From positions 258-64,257 of the forward strand of contig CAZBHK010000007.1 of NCBI GenBank assembly GCA_964491895.1: a stretch of DNA of 64,000 nt, given 5' to 3'. A model generated the notes under the pieces. The model made no database searches, was not told the origin of the DNA, and saw nothing but the letters and a program-made list of their open reading frames with translations. Position numbers and translations under genes: made by a program. The stretch's first letter is position 1. Every line of letters starts with the position of its first letter. Source of the DNA: an uncultured Pseudomonadota bacterium (GTDB lineage: Bacteria > Babelota > Babeliae > Babelales > UBA12411). Shown piece after piece: positions 1 to 7,000 of this stretch.

Positions 1-1
1 A

Positions 2-1123
2 GATGTTAGCCTTACTATATCTAATGAATCAACAGTATTTTTAGCTGATGTGACTACGGAGCTCAAAATTACAGATTCGATATTTATTTATGGACGTAAT
101 AATGTTATTGATGTTATTAGAGATTTAACTATATCAGGATTTATGTTTTTTTTTAATGAGAGTGAATTAACCTTTAATTTTAATGATAAGCATGATAGCC
201 CAACTATTTTTTTAGATAACAATCTTACTCTTTCTCCAGATAGCAGGTTAGTGTTTCAGGGATCAGGTAATGTTGAACTTAAAAATGGGGTATCTATAGC
301 TTTACAAAATGGAGGAACACTTGTTTTTAAGGATGATACGATAGCTTTAATAGAAATAGGTGGTACCGCTACAATAAAAGGTATAGGAAAAGTAGCTCTT
401 CAACAAGGTGGAACAATCAATGTTCGAGGAGATACACATTTGATTTTAGGTGATGATATTACAGATAGTCTTAATATTTTAGTTGACAATGCCCTTATTA
501 AAATATCAGGTCAAGATGCTTTACTTTCACTTCAAAAAGCATCAGCGGTATTAAGCTTTGATGAGGGAGGTGTTTTATTAATACAAAATTATGGAATATT
601 CGAAGTTAATGCTCTAAATGGTGTTGCATCTCCAGGAGAAGTTACTAGTTGGGTATGGACAGAAGATAGCGTTTTTGATCTTGATGAAAATGGTCTGTTA
701 TTAATAGGGAATAATCTTTCTGGTAGTGGCTTTAATTGGATTAATACTGATGCAAAAATAATTGAGGATGTTGCTCCGTCTAAAAATGGACTTATCAGGT
801 TATTAGGATCTAATCCAGTATTTGAGGGTGTGATGCCTAACAAGGGTTCTGTTGTTATAGATGGAAGAGCTAGTGATTTGGTTGGAGAATTATTGCAAAG
901 ATCTACATTACAAGATCCTCCAGCTATATTGAATCAAAGTACTTTATTTCTTGACTTAGATGGTACTTATAAGATAAGACTGACAAATGGACAAATTACA
1001 ACTCTTAGAGCTGGAGATATAGTTACTTTAGATCAAAATGGAAGAGTATATGGCAATAATGGGGGAAGCACGTTTACGATTGCTCCAGGTATTATTGGTT
1101 CAGTTATTACTAGGACAGAATAA
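2..1123 (+). CDS. C-terminal ~370 aa of a giant beta-helical surface-protein paralog (module gene A'); the 5' end lies left of the window
   Basis: The frame is open from position 2 (DVSLTISNESTVFLADVTTELKITDS), so the track's GTG start at 50 is internal. It aligns by eye with the last ~375 aa of ORF 4046..9901 (LKITDSI.I.GR.NVIDV, SELTF.FNDK.D.P, DSRLVF, G.FEVN.LN.VA..G, .RL.NGQI..L..GDI.T). Confidence 0.8.
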   Translation, partial: DVSLTISNESTVFLADVTTELKITDSIFIYGRNNVIDVIRDLTISGFMFFFNESELTFNFNDKHDSPTIFLDNNLTLSPDSRLVFQGSGNVELKNGVSIALQNGGTLVFKDDTIALIEIGGTATIKGIGKVALQQGGTINVRGDTHLILGDDITDSLNILVDNALIKISGQDALLSLQKASAVLSFDEGGVLLIQNYGIFEVNALNGVASPGEVTSWVWTEDSVFDLDENGLLLIGNNLSGSGFNWINTDAKIIEDVAPSKNGLIRLLGSNPVFEGVMPNKGSVVIDGRASDLVGELLQRSTLQDPPAILNQSTLFLDLDGTYKIRLTNGQITTLRAGDIVTLDQNGRVYGNNGGSTFTIAPGIIGSVITRTE

Positions 1124-1137
1124 GTCTAGGATATAAA

Positions 1138-2295
1138 ATGGAGAAAAAAGAAAATAAAATAATATATTTTTTAGTAATATTATTTTTGACTACAACATCT
1201 AATATTTTTTCTATTACTATTCATAATAATCAAGAGAAAAACTTCTTTCAATCAATAGATAATAGAATTTCAAAATTTTGGAATAAAAAAGTTATACCTA
1301 TAAGAATACTTGATGGATATATAACAGCACAACCGAGTTTATTTAATATTATTCAAGAAAAATTTAATAGATTGGTTTCTAATATAAATAATTTGGATAT
1401 ATCAGATGTTAATAAAGAATATTCTGCACAAGAATCAGGAGGTATATTTACTAAGCTTGGACAGAATTTAAAAATAAAGATTTTAGAAATTTGGAATTAT
1501 GAGCCACTTATTTTATTAACTGTTCTTGAGGGTCCTATAACATCAGAACCATCTATATTCGAAGGTTTTAAAATACCTAGCTTTAATGATAGTGGAAGTG
1601 TGTTGCATATTCTTCAAGGAGTAGGTAAAGAGGCACTTACGAATGAGTTGTCAGAGGAAAAGAGCTTTTTTGCTAAAGGAAAGCAGTATATTGCAGAAAT
1701 ATTAAAAAAGTTTTTATCACCTGAGCCTGATACAATAGCCTTGTATGTTACAAGAGAGAGAGAAAAATTCCAAAAAGAGATGGAAAAGTATCTTCAATAT
1801 GATGACTTAGAAAGTAAGTTAGAAACTTTTGAAAATCATCTTAAAGATTTTAATCAAAATATTGAACAGGACAAACAGGAGTTATTGGTAAGAACAAAAC
1901 ATATTAAAAAGTTAAAACATAATGATAGTTTGAAAAAAGGCTTAGCAACAAAGATTGATAAGATGGCATCAAAGATGGTTTTTGTGGATAAGGATTTACA
2001 AGATAGGTATGAAAAACTTTATTCTGAGTTTAATAATACAGTAGAGAAAAGACTTTCATCTACTCAGGACTCGATGAAAAATGAGATAGATAATAAATTT
2101 AAACAGCTAGAGAAAAAATTAACTAAGAAAGAAAATTCTGAGGATTATAATCTTAGTAGAAAGGAGATTTCTTATTTGATAAGAGAGTCTGTAAAAAGAC
2201 ATATGTACCTTTCAAAAGAAAGAGTTGGTAAGCAACGTAAGTATGATGCCAATGAAGTTGTTGAAATAATACAAAAAATGCTTTTAAATAAATAA
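1138..2295 (+). CDS. Anchored or secreted coiled-coil protein (module gene B')
   Basis: N-terminal hydrophobic segment IIYFLVILFLTTTSNIF and a K/E/Q-rich helical C-terminal half. The tail VKRHMYLSKERVGKQRKYD resembles VRRQMYVPRPAKRQYS of ORF 9898..10779. AGGA lies upstream of the ATG, 14 nt after the A' stop. Confidence 0.6.
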   Translation: MEKKENKIIYFLVILFLTTTSNIFSITIHNNQEKNFFQSIDNRISKFWNKKVIPIRILDGYITAQPSLFNIIQEKFNRLVSNINNLDISDVNKEYSAQESGGIFTKLGQNLKIKILEIWNYEPLILLTVLEGPITSEPSIFEGFKIPSFNDSGSVLHILQGVGKEALTNELSEEKSFFAKGKQYIAEILKKFLSPEPDTIALYVTREREKFQKEMEKYLQYDDLESKLETFENHLKDFNQNIEQDKQELLVRTKHIKKLKHNDSLKKGLATKIDKMASKMVFVDKDLQDRYEKLYSEFNNTVEKRLSSTQDSMKNEIDNKFKQLEKKLTKKENSEDYNLSRKEISYLIRESVKRHMYLSKERVGKQRKYDANEVVEIIQKMLLNK

Positions 2296-2296
2296 G

Positions 2297-3865
2297 ATGT
2301 TTAATAAATTAAAGTTAATTATAAGTTTTATTATTGTAAGTTCATTTTCTCCAAATGTTGCGGATCTTTTAGTTGAGCCTATAGAGGACGTGAATAAAGA
2401 TGGCAAGTTGGATATGATAGATATTATTCCTAAGCTTGCAACAAAGAGGCAGTTTAAGTTTGCTCGTGAATTAGAGAATCAGGTTAAGAAAGAAGTGGAA
2501 TGGCAAAATCGAAGAATGCATCGTGAAGCACTTCGAGATAAGGTTTATGATAGAGTTCGTCTACGTAAAGGCCGTGAAATTAATACTGATGATCTAATAT
2601 ACAAGATTCCTTCTTGGCCGTTTAGTTCTATTTACTATGCAGAAAAAGATTTATTTGAGATAAGTTTGAAGGCTAATGATTCAACAAAAGCATTTAATTC
2701 ATCAGGTGGTTCTCAAGATATATCTAAGTTAGTTTTTGGACAAAAAAGTATTAAGTTACAAGATATTTTACTTGTTTCTAAATTACTGAGGTCGGGTGTT
2801 TTACAATCTTTAACATCAAATCCTAATAATACTGGTCATTATTATTATATTTTGGCGAATCAGCCTATAGAGTTTGATGCCTCAATTAACAGCCAAAGGG
2901 CAACGGTAAGCTATGCAAGACATTTTAGGAATGGCGATATTTCATTTGGTTTAGAAGTTCCCATAGTGCGTAGAGAAAATAAACTTAAGTTAATTTCTTC
3001 AATTTCTTCTACTGATAGAAATAGTTTACAAAATAAAACACCGTATTTCTTTGCAAAATATGCAGATTTAGAAGAATTTTTTTCTGCTATTTTAGGTGCT
3101 AGTCATATATCATTTAATAAACATGATCGAGAGGTTGGCTTAGGTGATATATCTACCTTTATAAACTTTGAAATTAATTCTAAGAATTTTGAACGTTTTA
3201 TTATTGGCGCAAAATTACTTTTTCCTACAGCTAATGATAGGGAAGTGGATGTTTTATGGCATCCAGATTTGGGGAATGGAGGTTTTATAGAATGTTCAAT
3301 ATTTGCTGGTCTTTTGCTGGACTATAATAAATATTTTAATCCTTATGTCTTTGTAAATATTACAGGTGTTATTCCTGCAAAAGTCTCTCGTCGTGTTCCT
3401 ATTAAGAAGGAATATGATGGAGGAGATCCTAATTCTAACGTTGGAGATTTTTTAATACTTGGTGATACGGAAGTTCAATATAAGGCAACAACATTTTCTG
3501 AGTTTGATACATCTGTTCGTAGGTTTCCTAGTGTTGTAAAAAGTATAAAGATACATAAGGGCCCACAATTTTATTGTAAGTTGGGTAACGTCTTTGAAGA
3601 GGTATTGTTTAAGCATGGTTTTTTAGATACTTTCTATGACGTTAGATTAAAAGCTTCTGATTATGTAGGTTCTTATAAGGATAGTTCTATTAATCCTGCA
3701 GTGTTAAAGGAAAATACCTTTGAAATAGACCATCGTTTTGGTTTTAATTACGATTATCAGTTTAGTGGTAGGCAGAGGATTACAACTGGGTTTGCTATGT
3801 CTATAGCTGGTAGGAATACACCACAAACTTTTGAGGGTAATATAGCCTTTAGTACAGAGTTCTAA
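2297..3865 (+). CDS. Outer-membrane beta-barrel-like protein (module gene C')
   Basis: Signal-like N-terminus (LKLIISFIIVSSFSPNVA), a charged helical stretch, then alternating-polarity sequence ending ...EGNIAFSTEF with a terminal Phe, as in OMP C-terminal signatures. Clear paralog of ORF 10805..12400 (roughly 60% identical in the stretch I aligned by eye). Starts 1 nt after the B' stop. Confidence 0.6.
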   Translation: MFNKLKLIISFIIVSSFSPNVADLLVEPIEDVNKDGKLDMIDIIPKLATKRQFKFARELENQVKKEVEWQNRRMHREALRDKVYDRVRLRKGREINTDDLIYKIPSWPFSSIYYAEKDLFEISLKANDSTKAFNSSGGSQDISKLVFGQKSIKLQDILLVSKLLRSGVLQSLTSNPNNTGHYYYILANQPIEFDASINSQRATVSYARHFRNGDISFGLEVPIVRRENKLKLISSISSTDRNSLQNKTPYFFAKYADLEEFFSAILGASHISFNKHDREVGLGDISTFINFEINSKNFERFIIGAKLLFPTANDREVDVLWHPDLGNGGFIECSIFAGLLLDYNKYFNPYVFVNITGVIPAKVSRRVPIKKEYDGGDPNSNVGDFLILGDTEVQYKATTFSEFDTSVRRFPSVVKSIKIHKGPQFYCKLGNVFEEVLFKHGFLDTFYDVRLKASDYVGSYKDSSINPAVLKENTFEIDHRFGFNYDYQFSGRQRITTGFAMSIAGRNTPQTFEGNIAFSTEF

Positions 3866-4045
3866 AGATAAAATTCTCAGTATTTGACTTCAAATTTATT
3901 TAAATGTCAAAATCTATTCCAAATTCAGATTGGAGATTTATGCGTATACTAACGCATTTAATATTTTGTTTAATGTTATTTTCTAATGTAGTAAAAAGTT
4001 CAGAAGACCAGAGGATAATATAGATACGTATAAATATAAGGAAGT

Positions 4046-7000
4046 ATGGTCGTGAATCGGTTAAATTTACGTATTTTTTTAATTATTCTTTTTTTTTCTA
4101 CTAATTTGAATCCTCTTACTGTTGGTTCAGATACAGCAGTTTCGCGTTTATATTCGACACCAGTATTTCTTTCTGGGGATACTTTAAATAATATTGTAGG
4201 ATTTACTAAGTTAGAATCAGGGTTTAGTTTAGAAACTTCGGATGTTACTTGTACATTTGATGCATTTTTCCCAGTTTCAGGTTCCATATTATTAAATAGT
4301 GGATCACTATTTTTAAAACATGATTTAGTTTTATCTAATACAAGTTCAATAGTTTCTCTTGGATCTATACTAGGAAATAATAGGTCTATACAATTTCCTT
4401 CAGCGTTTACTGGATCAGATTTTGGTTCAGGTGGTTCAATTACTGCAGGTATTGTGCAATTAGCTTCCTCTGTAGTAGATGCTACTGTAAATGTTCAGAT
4501 TATTGATTGGGATCCGACTGGGTCATATTTGGCTGTAGGTATGCCAAATTCGGCAAGTGACCAGGAACTTCGGGTTTATTATTATAATTCAATAGATAAT
4601 TCACTTACGTTAACCTTTGTATATCCTCTTGGTGCTACAACTAATATTAATGCTCTTAAATGGTATCCGAAGTATACATCCCTTACGACAACAACTTCGC
4701 CGGCATTAGCTGTAGCAAAAAATAGTACTGATACAGATACTAATGCTGTAAGTATTTTTCAAGTAAGGCAAGCACCTGGTTTTTTAGGATTGGTAAGAAC
4801 AACAGCAATCGTAGCTGGTAGCAATCAGACATCCATTACATGGTCTAATAGTGGTAATTATCTAATATATGGACAGAATAATGCTAATGAAATTCAGGCA
4901 TATTCATATGTACCATCAACTGGTGTTGCTACTGCACTTGGTGCAGCAGTTTCTCCATTCAGTGTTACAAGATTAGTGAGTAAAAGAGCTATATCATTTA
5001 GTCCTGGAGATGATTATTTTGCAGTTGCAACTAACAGTGCTCTTAGTAGCCCACATATGGATATATATGCATTTTCTGCGGCAGGTATTGGAGCGGTTAT
5101 AATTGATAATGGTACAGCGCCTCTTATTGATGCAAATGCTAATTCTATTTATTCATTGGATTGGTCACCTACTGGTAGTTATATAGCGGTAGGTTTTGGT
5201 GGTGGTGCTATTCCTCATTTAGCAATTTATAAATTTGCACCTACTCCAACATTAACTCAGGTTGCAACCAATAGTGATGCAGCTGGCACTACTGTAGAAT
5301 GTGTTAATTGGACAAGTGATGGTAATAGACTATTAACTACTAACGGTCTCAATCAAATACGTATTTTTTCTTGGGATAAAGGAGCAGAGGCTTTATCTGT
5401 TGTAAATGGTAAAAGTTTGCCGACATTAAGTACAGCATCTTGTTGGCAAAGATTTGGTCTTAATAAATTTGGAATAGCCTTGAATACACCTGGAACAGTA
5501 CGTATATATGGTTTTGATCAGCAAGCGGTATTCCAAGACGTATCTTTATTCTTTAGAAATGATATAGATTTTAATAAAAATATTGATATTTTGGGTAATG
5601 TTTATATTAATATGTTAGGTAATCAGTTTTCTATAAGTTCTGGTGGTAAGTTTACTATTTATCCTAATAGTACTCTTTATTTTGATAGTTCTGCTATTAA
5701 TTTAAATGTTCATGAGCCTTTTGTATTAATAGATAATACTTCTCAATTAGCATTACATAATGCAACTATTTTACTTGAGTCTGATATTGTTTTTAATAAT
5801 GGTGGTATAAGTATTTCCCAAGGTGATACTTATATTGAGGGAGCTCATACCTTTTCATATAACAGTGTATATAGTTCTACTATAGATAGTTTTTCATCAT
5901 TAAGTTTAGTTAACGGTGTTACTTTATGTATAGGAGATTCTGCTGATGGTTCTTTATTAAAAATAGGATCACCATTAGAGTTTGTTGATAATACTTCTGA
6001 ACTAATATTACAAGAATCAACGCTTTTTATTACAGATACTGGTTTACATCTTTTAAAAGGTAAAATGAGGATAGATCAAAATGTTGTTTTGGATATAGCG
6101 AATACACAAACAACATTTGGGTTAATTATAGGTGATGGTACTACCGCTAATGATTTTGAAATATATTTGAGTCTTGCAGCGTCTAAACTTCAGTTGGAGA
6201 ATGGTGCTCTAATATACAAAAATAACAGTAATTCTAGAGTGAGTTATCATAGTAATGGAGTGATATATTTACAGGATGGATCTTTATTATATTTAGATCG
6301 ACCATTAGAATTATTAAACGGTATATTAAGATATGATAATGTTACTTCATTAAGTGTGCCTACATTATCTAATTCATATTTCACTGTTGATAATATTATA
6401 GGTAATTATAGTGGTAATCATAAGAATATAGAATATAATTTAACTGGCACTATTAAAGATTTACAAAATTTTGTATTAGATACAAATGATATCTTTTCTA
6501 TTAATCAAGGAATCTTGACTGATGTAATTGTAACAGTCTCTAGAGGTAATAATATTTTTAATGGTTTATCCAAGTATGAAGGTTTGCTTTCTTTAGTTGA
6601 TTATAATAGTACTGTTACCTGGGTTAATTTAGTTTTATCTCATAATGATATTACCTTGAATGGTGGTAAATTAATAATTGGTTCAAATTTAATGTTTGAA
6701 GAAATGTCGTCATTGAGAACTTCGGGTACAGTAGTGATACAAGAATACATTTTATGTTTAAGTTCGATTGAACATACCGAAGATGCAAATTTATATATTG
6801 ATTCTTCTTCTGGAATTATATGTTTACAAAGTAATATTACTTTAGATAATAGTTGGACGGTTAGTGGCAATCTTCGTATTCATGGTAATGGTTATAATAT
6901 ATTGTTTGATACATCAGGAGAGTTTGTTGTTGAACGAGGATCTACTCTGGAACTTCAGGATGTACATATAGACTCACTTTTTGATAGTAAATTACGTTGT

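Noticed and set aside
589-843. Short antisense or alternative-frame ORFs inside long genes. Examples: 589..843, 4000..4287, 6640..6870, 10473..10670, 11545..11799, 12935..13162, 14017..14250, 15015..15197, 16417..16635, 18691..18918, 21349..21648, 22884..23117, 23574..23795, 24513..24707, 26125..26526, 28080..28289, 32013..33371, 33969..34208, 35527..35718, 37316..37552, 38674..38934, 44884..45102, 48840..49082, 50904..52610, 56376..56591, 57787..58137, 59658..59945, 60419..61414.
   Set aside because: Each lies entirely within a much longer ORF on the opposite strand or in another frame that has clear family motifs. They have low-complexity or odd composition and no SD or start context. They are typical shadow ORFs.
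3884-3912. Sigma70-like promoter (TTGACT, 17 nt spacer, TCAAAA) upstream of the giant gene.
   Set aside because: The -10 match is poor, and in DNA this AT-rich such hexamers arise by chance. It cannot be supported without transcript data.
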